Below are positions 36,242 to 44,423 of a DNA stretch of 64,000 nt, piece after piece. The notes beneath the pieces are model-generated. The model was not told the origin of the DNA and did no database searches. It saw nothing but the letters and a program-made list of their open reading frames with translations. This DNA is from Clostridia bacterium (lineage in GTDB: Bacteria > Bacillota > Clostridia > Christensenellales > CAG-138). Position numbers and translations under genes: made by a program. The stretch covers positions 5,062 through 69,061 of the forward strand of contig JAFSEB010000047.1 of assembly GCA_017435905.1 (NCBI GenBank). Reading direction: 5' to 3'. Each line of letters starts with the position of its first letter. The stretch's first letter is position 1.

Positions 36242-36934
36242 TTAGTTCTCCTTCTTTTCCCTTACAACGATGTAGTCTACAAGGATACCGGGGGTCACGA
36301 TGTCTTCCGGTGCGATCTCGCCAACTTCGACCAGGTTGACGGCCTCAACGATAACGAGGTCAGCAGCCATAGCCATGAGGGGGCTGAAGTTGCGGGTGGT
36401 GCCCTTATACCAGACGTTGCCCATCTTGTCGACCTTTTCGCCGCTGATGAGCGCAACATTTGCACGGATGGGCTTCATGATGAGGTAGTCACGGCCGTTG
36501 ATGGTGGTCTTGCACTCGGTGAAGGGGCTGTCTTCCACGATGGTGCCGACGCCGGTGGGGGTGATGACGCCGCCAAGGCCCATGCCGCCCGCACGGATCA
36601 TTTCGGCGAGGGAGCCCTGGGGAACGAGGTCGACCTTCAGCTTGCCGGCTGCCCAAAGCTCACTGGCTTCGGGGTTGGTGCCCATGTGGCTGCCGATGTA
36701 GCCGGTCATCTTGCCGGAGTGGATAAGCTTGGCCCAGCCATAATAGTCGCTGCCATCGGGGCCGCCCTGCTTTGCAGAGTCGTTCATGATGCCGGTGATG
36801 TTTTCAACATCGCTGTTCTCCATGGCCTCGATAACGTCATGCGCCGCACCGCAGGCAACGAAGCCGCCGAACATAACCGTGGAGCCGGAAGGGATCAGCT
36901 TTGCAGCTTCTTCCGCCGTAATGATTTTTGCCAT
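36242..36934 (-). CDS. 3-oxoacid/acetate CoA-transferase subunit A
   Basis: Collinear with AtoD/ScoA/CtfA (GSTVMFGGF, ELVPQGSLAE, GGMGLGG). GGAGGAAG RBS before MAKIITAEEA. Confidence 0.85.
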   Translation of the reverse strand: MAKIITAEEAAKLIPSGSTVMFGGFVACGAAHDVIEAMENSDVENITGIMNDSAKQGGPDGSDYYGWAKLIHSGKMTGYIGSHMGTNPEASELWAAGKLKVDLVPQGSLAEMIRAGGMGLGGVITPTGVGTIVEDSPFTECKTTINGRDYLIMKPIRANVALISGEKVDKMGNVWYKGTTRNFSPLMAMAADLVIVEAVNLVEVGEIAPEDIVTPGILVDYIVVREKKEN

Positions 36935-37189
36935 TTTCTTCCTCCTAAATAATAATTTCACAGGCTTCCGCCCTGCAAAAAACAAGGTTTTTTTGTTTTT
37001 TGCGGTGTATCTGTATTGTTTTCACACACCAAAAACGGGCAAGAGCCTTTCTTACCTACCTGCTGAGTATAGCATGCATAATATCACTTTGTCAACTTTT
37101 TCGCAATATACAGTTTGTCTATTAACAAACGTTATTTTGTTATTCTTACAATATGTATGAAGAAGTCGATCCAAGGGAGGCGACCTCAT

Positions 37190-37224
37190 AAAAATACCTG
37201 CCGACCGGAAAGATCGGCAGGTAT
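37190..37224 (-). terminator. Terminator of the orphan gene
   Basis: ATACCTGCCGA / TCGGCAGGTAT 11-bp stem. On the minus strand it is followed by TTTTATG. Confidence 0.55.
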
Positions 37225-37270
37225 TGACCATGATTGGCTGTATTGATCGCCCTCGTACCGCACGGCAGGA

Positions 37271-38377
37271 TCACCGCTGCTTCTCCCCTGCCCCGAATAC
37301 ATCCTCATATGTGGAATATGCGCCTCTTCCGTGAGCGATCTCCTTCGCTTCCGAAAGAACGCTTTCCACAGCCGGCCTTACCTTCGCCTGCCGTTTTTTG
37401 AATTCGGAAAGCAGTTCATCCCCGGTAAAACCCTCTTCGATCAGTTCGGCCAAAATCTGTTCCGCGAATTCGCCTTCTGCATCGCTTTGCACCGGTGCGG
37501 CGTCAGGTTCCTCCGGATCCGGCACGGCTTGCACAGGTTCAGCAGTAATCATGCCCTCTCCTGTCTTTTCCATATATTCTTTAAGATAGCAACATGCTTC
37601 GTAGTAGAAATCAATACTACCGTTAAGCTCGTTATTTATTTCCGTAAACTTTTTTACTACTTCTTCTACACGTTCTTCTTCGTATAGTTTTTCCACAAGT
37701 ATAACATCAATAATAAAGCAAATTTTATAGAACCATTCTTCATCGGACTTAATTCCGTAAATAAGCTTTTCGGCAGCCCTTTCAGCCTCCTTGAGCAGCT
37801 TTACAAAAAGTGAATTTTTGTTTATTTCTCTTGCTTTATACACCGTCTTTATTGCTTTAATATACCAGAAAACAGCATCAATAATCTTGCTGTCTATCTC
37901 AACTTCCCGAATATGTTTTTTTATTTCCACACCGTTAAATGTAGCAAACCAGTAATCACCTTTGGTCATTCCACCGTCCGGATTAAGAACCCGTCCGCCA
38001 TACTTGCCAAGCATGATTCCATCCCAATATTCTTTGTCTACAAATGGTCTCGGCAAATAGATCGCTTCTCTCTTATAGTATTCGTACTGGTTTTGAAGAG
38101 ATCTTGACCTGTCACATTCTTCTTTATCATATATTTTGATACTCTTGGATGGATCAATATCGAATTTGCATCTATAGTATCCGTTCCGAATCTCCTGATT
38201 GAAGTACCAAGAATTGACAATCCTATCCCATACAAGCTCGGTAATTTTATGGTTCATGTATGCTTTGTAAATCCAGAAAGGGACCCAGATCACCAAGATG
38301 CCGATGAGCAGCGCTTCCACCATGCTTGGCTCATTTCCAAGAATGATATCCCCGATACCTAATCCTACATTCATCAT
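37271..38377 (-). CDS. Orphan 368-aa protein with an N-terminal membrane anchor (AT-rich, no recognisable domain)
   Basis: Long uninterrupted ORF with an RBS (GGATGGTG 5 nt upstream) and a hydrophobic N-terminus (EALLIGILVIWVPFWIY). The K/E/Y-rich body is followed by an acidic/Pro-rich linker and a C-terminal tail of higher GC. Confidence 0.6.
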   Translation of the reverse strand: MMNVGLGIGDIILGNEPSMVEALLIGILVIWVPFWIYKAYMNHKITELVWDRIVNSWYFNQEIRNGYYRCKFDIDPSKSIKIYDKEECDRSRSLQNQYEYYKREAIYLPRPFVDKEYWDGIMLGKYGGRVLNPDGGMTKGDYWFATFNGVEIKKHIREVEIDSKIIDAVFWYIKAIKTVYKAREINKNSLFVKLLKEAERAAEKLIYGIKSDEEWFYKICFIIDVILVEKLYEEERVEEVVKKFTEINNELNGSIDFYYEACCYLKEYMEKTGEGMITAEPVQAVPDPEEPDAAPVQSDAEGEFAEQILAELIEEGFTGDELLSEFKKRQAKVRPAVESVLSEAKEIAHGRGAYSTYEDVFGAGEKQR

Positions 38378-38524
38378 GTTAACACCATCCTTTTTTTAAA
38401 ATCTGTGCAGGAGGAAATTCTGAATTGATATTGTAATTTATAAAAAAGTATAGCACAGCACGGGTAAATAGAAAAGGAATATACAGTATGTGTAACAGGG
38501 GCGCAGTTTCAAATCCTGTTTCTG

Positions 38525-38568
38525 CAAGCATAAAAAATAGAATGGACAAGCATAAAAAATAGAATGGG
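38525..38568. repeat. 22-bp tandem duplication (CAAGCATAAAAAATAGAATGGR x2)
   Basis: 38525-38546 and 38547-38568 are identical at 21/22 positions. The second copy forms the left arm of the adjacent hairpin. Confidence 0.7.
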
Positions 38569-38592
38569 CATCACGTTGATGCCCATTCTATG
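38559..38592 (-). terminator. Strong hairpin/terminator downstream of the duplicated tRNA-Gln 3' end
   Basis: ATAGAATGGGCA / TGCCCATTCTAT 12-bp stem plus 3 inner pairs with one bulge. On the minus strand it is followed by TTTTTTATGC. Confidence 0.6.
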
Positions 38593-38598
38593 TAATCT

Positions 38599-38619
38599 TG
38601 GCTGCGGAACTAGGATTCC
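38599..38619 (-). repeat. 21-nt direct-repeat copy of the tRNA-Gln 3' end (att-like scar)
   Basis: TTGGCTGCGGAACTAGGATTC at 38599-38619 is identical to 38799-38819 (the last 20 nt of tRNA-Gln plus 1 nt), exactly 200 bp apart. Confidence 0.75.
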
Positions 38620-38768
38620 TTCGGCTCACCTCGGCATGCTTGCTTGCGCTCCGCGCTGCGCAATTCGCCTGTTCGCCGAAGCCGGCCGCTAAAAACGCTG
38701 CACTGCAGCGTTTTTCCCTCGCATACGCTCGGACGCAGCTTCGAATCCTTCTATCCTATAAGCAAATG

Positions 38769-38795
38769 AAAAAACCGCTCGTTGAGCGGTTTTTT
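38769..38795. terminator. Terminator hairpin immediately after tRNA-Gln, inside the repeat-bounded insert
   Basis: AAAAAACCGCTC-GTT-GAGCGGTTTTTT. Bidirectional by symmetry. Confidence 0.6.
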
Positions 38796-38799
38796 CATT

Positions 38800-38873
38800 T
38801 GGCTGCGGAACTAGGATTCGAACCTAGACAATACGAGTCAGAGTCGTAGGTGCTACCATTACACAATTCCGCA
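38800..38873 (-). tRNA. tRNA-Gln (anticodon CUG)
   Basis: Hand-folded cloverleaf: acceptor TGCGGAA/TTCCGCA, anticodon stem TACGA/TCGTA with loop CTCTGAC, T arm CTAGG-TTCGAAT-CCTAG, discriminator G, encoded CCA. 74 nt. Confidence 0.9.
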
Positions 38874-39062
38874 ACATCTTTTGTAAAAGAAATCCCAGAG
38901 TGCCGTACATCCCCTATATAACACCCGCCTCTCGGCAGGTGGGTGTATTGTGGCGGCTTCAGCTTACCAAGCGCAATGAAGGTGGCATCATCCAACCAAC
39001 GCATACTCCCGATGTTATTCTGTGGGTTTATACGGAGACACACGCACACCACAGGATTTAAA

Positions 39063-39139
39063 TGGTGGGATTAGTTGGGATCGAACCAACGACCTCTACG
39101 ATGTCAACGTAGCGCTCTGACCAGCTGAGCTATAACCCC
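39063..39139 (-). tRNA. tRNA-Val (anticodon GAC)
   Basis: Hand-folded: acceptor GGGGTTA/TAATCCC, D arm GCTC-AGCTGGTCA-GAGC, anticodon stem CTACG/CGTAG with loop TTGACAT, T arm GTTGG-TTCGATC-CCAAC, encoded CCA. 77 nt. Confidence 0.9.
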
Positions 39140-39260
39140 ATTCGTTTAGCGCAAGTACTATTATACACATTTACAAAAACTTTGCAAGCATTTTTTTGCT
39201 GCCTGCGCCCTTCATTTTCGAAAAGCGCAGGCAAACAGGCTTTTTTTGCGCAAAAAAAGT

Positions 39261-39911
39261 TTATTTCATGGCCTGCATTTGGGCAATGAGCGCCGCAGGA
39301 TCCGCCGCTTTGAAAACGCTGCTGCCGGAAACGAGCATTGTGGCGCCTGCCTTTACACAGAGGGCTGCCGTTTCCGCATTGATGCCGCCATCCACTTCGA
39401 TCTCGTAAGTATAGCCACGCTCCTTCTTCAACTGCGCAAGCCGCCCGATCTTTTCAAGGGCGCCCGAAATGAACTTCTGTCCACCGGCACCGGGGTTCAC
39501 GCTCATCACAAGCACAAGATCACACTCGCTGAGCACGGGCTCCACCGCCACCACCGGCGTGCCGGGGTTGAGGGCGATGCCTGCCTTCATCCCTGCAAGG
39601 CGGATCTTCTGCAGCGTGCGGTGGGTGTGCTTGTCCGCCTCAACGTGGAAGGTGAGATAGTCCGCACCTGCCTCCTTAAAAGGATCGATATACGTTTCCG
39701 GATGCTCCACCATGATGTGCACATCGATCGGCAGCTCGGTATAGGGCCTTACCGCCTTGCACATGGCAGGACCGAAGGTGATGGTGGGCACAAAGGTGCC
39801 GTCCATCACATCGAAGTGAACAGCATCCGCTCCCCACTCCTTCAGCCGTGTTACATCGCGGCCCATGTTGGCAAAATCCGCAGAAAGGATGGACGGTGCG
39901 ATCTTAATCAT
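39261..39911 (-). CDS. rpe: Ribulose-phosphate 3-epimerase
   Basis: APSILSADF, HFDVMDG, MSVNPG..GQ motifs; 216 aa. Confidence 0.95.
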   Translation of the reverse strand: MIKIAPSILSADFANMGRDVTRLKEWGADAVHFDVMDGTFVPTITFGPAMCKAVRPYTELPIDVHIMVEHPETYIDPFKEAGADYLTFHVEADKHTHRTLQKIRLAGMKAGIALNPGTPVVAVEPVLSECDLVLVMSVNPGAGGQKFISGALEKIGRLAQLKKERGYTYEIEVDGGINAETAALCVKAGATMLVSGSSVFKAADPAALIAQMQAMK

Positions 39912-40782
39912 ACTTATGTTTCCTCTTTTCTTTCAGTTCTTCGAGTATTTCAAGATAACGGTCATAACGTTCACGGGAAAGCGCCTCCGTATCAAGCAGC
40001 GGCTTCACGGCACAATCCGGTTCGCTGGCATGCAGGCACTTTGCAAAGCGGCAGCCGTCCGCATGTTCACGCATTTCGGGATACAGGGAAGCAAGATCCT
40101 CCGGCTCCATGGTCTCCGCATCAAGCAGGCTGAAGCCGGGCGTATCTACCAGCGCACCGCCCCAGGCAAGCCAAAGCTCCGCATGGCGTGTGGTATGCCG
40201 CCCCCTGTCCGTTTTACGGGAAAGACCGCCGACAGCAAGAGAAAGCTCCGGCAGGATGGCATTGAGCAGCGAGGATTTTCCCACTGCAGACTGTCCTGCA
40301 AAGCAGCACACATTGCCCCTGATCTCATTTTTCAGAGCATCGAGCCCCTCCCCCGTATGGGCGGATACGGCGCAGCAGGTATAGCCCGTGGGCGCATACT
40401 GGCGCAGGATGGAAGCATACAGTTCTTCATCCCGTTCATCGCACTTGTTGAGCACCAGCACCGGCGTGATCTTTGCGCTTTCACACTGCAAAAGAAGCTT
40501 ATCCACCAGCAGCAGATCGGGCTTTGGAGCGGATGCGGCCATCACGATCACAAGCTTATCCACGTTCGCCACCGCCGGACGGATCAAAAGATTCTTTCGG
40601 GGCAGGATCTCCGTGATGCGGCCATCCTCCCCTTCCTTTTTCTGAAAGCTGACCCGGTCACCGGGAACGGGCGTGACGCCCTCTTTGCGGAAGCGGCCGC
40701 TTGCCTTGCAGACATATTCCGCTCCCGAATCCTCAAGGACGGAATAGAAGCTGCCGATCCCTTTTAAAATCAAACCTTCCAA
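39904..40782 (-). CDS. rsgA: Ribosome small-subunit-dependent GTPase A
   Basis: Circularly permuted GTPase: LNKCD then GQSAVGKSSLLN. C-terminal zinc knuckle CRFAKCLHASEPDC. Confidence 0.95.
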   Translation of the reverse strand: MEGLILKGIGSFYSVLEDSGAEYVCKASGRFRKEGVTPVPGDRVSFQKKEGEDGRITEILPRKNLLIRPAVANVDKLVIVMAASAPKPDLLLVDKLLLQCESAKITPVLVLNKCDERDEELYASILRQYAPTGYTCCAVSAHTGEGLDALKNEIRGNVCCFAGQSAVGKSSLLNAILPELSLAVGGLSRKTDRGRHTTRHAELWLAWGGALVDTPGFSLLDAETMEPEDLASLYPEMREHADGCRFAKCLHASEPDCAVKPLLDTEALSRERYDRYLEILEELKEKRKHKYD

Positions 40783-40798
40783 GCAGGCTCCTTCCTCA

Positions 40799-42658
40799 TT
40801 ATCTGACAGAGAACTTCACGGTGCAGCGGCGATATTCCGCTCCGCCGACATAAACGATGCATTCATGCTCGCCGCCCGTACGCATATAGGCAGTAAAGGA
40901 AACGGGCTGCTGCGAACCGACGGGCAATGTGGTTTCATACAGCACGAGTTCCACACCGTTTTCGAGCACTGTGGTAACAACCACGGTTTTTTCTTCATCC
41001 GCAATATCGATATTGAAGGCCATATCCGCACTGTACTGTCCAAGCTGTGTGCGGCATACCCAAAGCTCCGCCGTTACGGTGGAAGGCACGGTGATGTTGG
41101 CAGAAGGCGTCTGGCGCAGCACCGTTTCCTCCGCCGCAAGGATATCGGGCACCTCCGGGTGAACGATGATATGGGAGAATCCGGCATCAAGAAGGATCTC
41201 GAGCGCCGCATCGAGCTGGGTGGGGGTGGAGACAAGCGAGGGCATTTCCACGCTTACCGAAGCCGTACCGCTTACATACACGTTGATTGTATCGCCTGCA
41301 AAGGTATCCTCCTCCGGCAGCGGATCCTGCTGGTAGATCTGCCCGGCAGGCATGTCGCTCGGCCCGTATTCCACCGCACCGATCTCAAGATCAAGGCCAT
41401 GGATGGCCGTCAGCGCTTCCTCAACGGTCATGCCAATGAGGCTCGGCACGGTCTCCGTATCGTTGCCGCTGCTGACAATGACGCTGATCACATCGCCTTC
41501 CTGTCCCTTTGTTCCTACATTCGGCGTTTGGAAGATGATCTCGCCATCTTCGTATTCATCGCTTGAGCGGTACTCCGTCACCGCAAGCGCAAAGCCCCTG
41601 AGCTGCACGAGCGCTTCCGCTTCGCCGATGGGCTTTCCCACCAGCGTGGGCACCACATATTCATCCCCTGTCAGCTCATCGTCACGCATGGCACGGGCAA
41701 TGAAAAACAGCGCCGTAAAGAGGCCGAGCACCACCACCAGCGAAAGGGCGATATTGCCGATGCTGCGGGCAGAGGATTTTTTCTGCGTGTTCTTTTTCGG
41801 CGAGATCCTTGCGAATTTGCCATGGGGCTCGCGCAGCGCACGCTGCAGGTCCGACTTCATCTGCCGGGCGGTGTAATAGCGCATGTTGAGATTTTTTGCG
41901 GATGCCTTTACCACCACATCGCTCAGCGCCCGGGAGATCTTCGGGTTTACCTGAATAGGGGGCTGGATGTCCTCCTGCAGATGCTTGAGCGCCACCGTAA
42001 CGGAATTGTCGCCGGAAAAAGGCACATTGCCCGTGAGCATTTCAAACACCATGATGCCGCAGGAATAGATATCACTGCCGGCGGTGGCATTGTCGCCCCG
42101 TGCCTGTTCGGGAGAAATATAGTGTACGGAACCGATCACGTTGGTGCCTGCAAAGGTGCGTGTTGTGGCAGCCGCATCCCTTGCAATGCCAAAGTCCGTC
42201 AGTTTTGCCTTGCCCCTCGGGGTGATGATCACGTTCTGCGGTTTCACATCCCGGTGGATGATGCCCCGTTCGTGGGCATGGGAAAGCGCATCAAGGATCT
42301 GGCAGGCATAGTTGACCGCAGCACGGGGCTGCAGCTGACCTTCTTCACGGATGATCTCCTTGAGGGTCTTGCCTTCCACATATTCAAGCACGATGTAGCT
42401 GCAGTCGCCATCCTCACCCACATCGTAGGAACGCACGATATTCTCGTGGGAAAGCATCAGCACCGCCTGTGCTTCCCGTTCAAAGCGGCGCACGAATTCC
42501 ATATCGTCCCGGTGTTCATCCTTGAGCACCTTGAGCGCCACGGTGCGGTGACGTTCTTCATCGTACGCCTTGTATACATTTGCCATACCGCCCGTGCCGA
42601 TGAGGCTTTTGATGCGGTAACGACCAGATATAAGCTGACCTTCCGAAACCATTACCAC
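40799..42658 (-). CDS. prkC: Ser/Thr protein kinase with three PASTA domains (PrkC/PknB-type)
   Basis: Hanks kinase motifs GTGGMANVYKA, HRDVKPQN, DFGIA. One TM segment, then three PASTA repeats. Confidence 0.95.
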   Translation of the reverse strand: MVMVSEGQLISGRYRIKSLIGTGGMANVYKAYDEERHRTVALKVLKDEHRDDMEFVRRFEREAQAVLMLSHENIVRSYDVGEDGDCSYIVLEYVEGKTLKEIIREEGQLQPRAAVNYACQILDALSHAHERGIIHRDVKPQNVIITPRGKAKLTDFGIARDAAATTRTFAGTNVIGSVHYISPEQARGDNATAGSDIYSCGIMVFEMLTGNVPFSGDNSVTVALKHLQEDIQPPIQVNPKISRALSDVVVKASAKNLNMRYYTARQMKSDLQRALREPHGKFARISPKKNTQKKSSARSIGNIALSLVVVLGLFTALFFIARAMRDDELTGDEYVVPTLVGKPIGEAEALVQLRGFALAVTEYRSSDEYEDGEIIFQTPNVGTKGQEGDVISVIVSSGNDTETVPSLIGMTVEEALTAIHGLDLEIGAVEYGPSDMPAGQIYQQDPLPEEDTFAGDTINVYVSGTASVSVEMPSLVSTPTQLDAALEILLDAGFSHIIVHPEVPDILAAEETVLRQTPSANITVPSTVTAELWVCRTQLGQYSADMAFNIDIADEEKTVVVTTVLENGVELVLYETTLPVGSQQPVSFTAYMRTGGEHECIVYVGGAEYRRCTVKFSVR

Positions 42659-43374
42659 ACCTCCCCATTCTTGACGAGCACAACGCTTATATTATCCGTT
42701 GAACCTGCGTTGAGCGCCAGTTTGACCAGCGCATCGCAGGCGTTTTCCAAATTACTGTGTTTTTCTATCATTTCGACCATAGTTCTGTCATCAAGCTCGG
42801 AATACAATCCGTCCGAGCAAAGAAGCAGGATATCGTTTTCTTCCCAGGCGCACTCAAACACATCCACCTTTTCATTGGCCCGTGTGCCAAGGGCACGGGT
42901 GATGAGGTTGCGCCGGGGGTGGTGAAGCGCCTCTTCCTTTGTGATATACCCGGAGGCAAGAAGCTCCGCCACGTAGGAATGATCCACCGTGATCTGGGTG
43001 AGCTTTCCGCCGTGGTAATGATACAGGCGGCTGTCGCCCACATTTGCCGCAATAAAACGGGTCTTGAAAATAAGCGCCAGCACAAGCGTGGTGCCCATGC
43101 CGCGGCACTCCGGGTGGCTGCCTGCATACTGATAAACGGCAGTGTTGGCACGGTTTACGGCATTTTTGACAAGGCCGGCCGGGCTTCCCGAACCGCCCTT
43201 TCTGAGCTCTGCCGCAACGTGTTCCACCGCCAAGGCGCTTGCCACATTGCCCGCACTGTGCCCTCCCATGCCATCCGCAACGATCGCAAGGGATATTTCA
43301 CCGTATTTCGGCACATAGACGCTGTCTTCATTGTTTGCCCGTTTTCCCGTTACGGAACGTGCGGCATAGATCAT
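42652..43374 (-). CDS. stp: PP2C-family Ser/Thr phosphatase (Stp/PrpC)
   Basis: NEDS, VADGMGGH, LLCSDGL, GSTDNISVVLV motifs. Confidence 0.95.
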   Translation of the reverse strand: MIYAARSVTGKRANNEDSVYVPKYGEISLAIVADGMGGHSAGNVASALAVEHVAAELRKGGSGSPAGLVKNAVNRANTAVYQYAGSHPECRGMGTTLVLALIFKTRFIAANVGDSRLYHYHGGKLTQITVDHSYVAELLASGYITKEEALHHPRRNLITRALGTRANEKVDVFECAWEENDILLLCSDGLYSELDDRTMVEMIEKHSNLENACDALVKLALNAGSTDNISVVLVKNGEVW

Positions 43375-44423
43375 GCATTGCCCTCCTGCTGTTCAAGCAC
43401 ACGGCGGCGAAGCTGGCCGCATGCGCCTTCAATATCGGATCCCATCTCCCTGCGGATGGTGGCGGAAATACCAAGATCCGTCAGCCAGCCCATGAACTGC
43501 TCCGCATCCTTACGGGTAACACCCATCAGGTTGCGTTCTTCCACATGGTTGAGGGGGATGAGGTTGACATGGCAATTCATCCTGCGAAGGCGTGAAGCAA
43601 GCTCTTCCGCATGCTTTCTTTCGCTGTTTTTGTTTTTGATAAGCGCATATTCAAAGATGACACGGCGGCCGGTCTCCTCCGCATATTCCCTTGCGGCGGC
43701 AAGAAGCTCCGCCATGGGATAAGCGGCGTTTACCGGCATAATAGTGCCCCGGATAGCATCGTTCGGCGCATGCAGCGACACGGAAAGCGTCACATGAGGC
43801 GCTTCCTTCATGAAGCGGCGCAGCTGCGGCACAAGACCGCAGGTGGAAAGCGAAATGTTGCGGGGGCTGATGTTCATGCCGTCGGGGTCGCTGACGAGCC
43901 GCAGGAAACGCACCACGTTTTCGTAATTATCGAGCGGTTCGCCGCTGCCCATGAGCACGATGTTCGTTACGGAACGTTTTCTTCCCTCATCGCAGGGCAC
44001 ATCCCTTTCCGCACAGGCAACAAAACTCAGTATTTCGCCGGCTTCAAGGTCACGCGCGCAGCCGTTGAGGGTCGATGCGCAGAAGGCGCAGCCCATCCTG
44101 CAGCCCACCTGCGTGGATACGCAGAGGGTGTTGCCGTATTTATAGCGCATGAGAACGCCTTCCACAAGGTTGCCGTCCTCCAGCTCAAACAGGTACTTGA
44201 TGGTGCCGTCCTTTGCGCTGATGCGCTTGTCGTAAATGCGTGCACCGCCGAAGTGAAGCGAGGAAAGCTTTTCACGCAGCGCTTTGGAAAGATTCGTCAT
44301 CTCCTCCGGGCGTGCGCCCTTTGAAAGCCATGCAAAGACCTGCTTCGCACGGAATTTGGGTTCGCCAAGTTCCGCCATCAGTTCCTGCAGTTCCGCTATG
44401 TTTTTCGAAGTCAGTCCCGTCAT
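43371..44423 (-). CDS. rlmN: 23S rRNA (adenine2503-C2)-methyltransferase, radical SAM
   Basis: EPKFRAKQVFAWL N-terminus and CRMGCAFC radical-SAM cluster motif. Confidence 0.95.
   Translation of the reverse strand: MTGLTSKNIAELQELMAELGEPKFRAKQVFAWLSKGARPEEMTNLSKALREKLSSLHFGGARIYDKRISAKDGTIKYLFELEDGNLVEGVLMRYKYGNTLCVSTQVGCRMGCAFCASTLNGCARDLEAGEILSFVACAERDVPCDEGRKRSVTNIVLMGSGEPLDNYENVVRFLRLVSDPDGMNISPRNISLSTCGLVPQLRRFMKEAPHVTLSVSLHAPNDAIRGTIMPVNAAYPMAELLAAAREYAEETGRRVIFEYALIKNKNSERKHAEELASRLRRMNCHVNLIPLNHVEERNLMGVTRKDAEQFMGWLTDLGISATIRREMGSDIEGACGQLRRRVLEQQEGNA

Noticed and set aside
37240-37261. A possible third, degenerate copy of the tRNA-Gln att core (TTGGCTG...) at the left edge of the orphan-gene segment
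   Set aside because: Only the first 7 nt plus 4 scattered positions of 21 match. This is indistinguishable from chance without statistics.
38598-38849. 83-aa ORF spanning the att scar and running into tRNA-Gln
   Set aside because: It overlaps a tRNA gene and three terminator-like hairpins, is Ala/Leu/Arg-rich, and has no RBS. It is spurious.
39240-39259. 20-bp perfect A/T-rich palindrome CTTTTTTTGCGCAAAAAAAG just downstream of rpe, considered as a terminator
   Set aside because: The stem would be almost entirely A-T with only a GCGC centre, so its predicted stability is too low for a confident terminator call.
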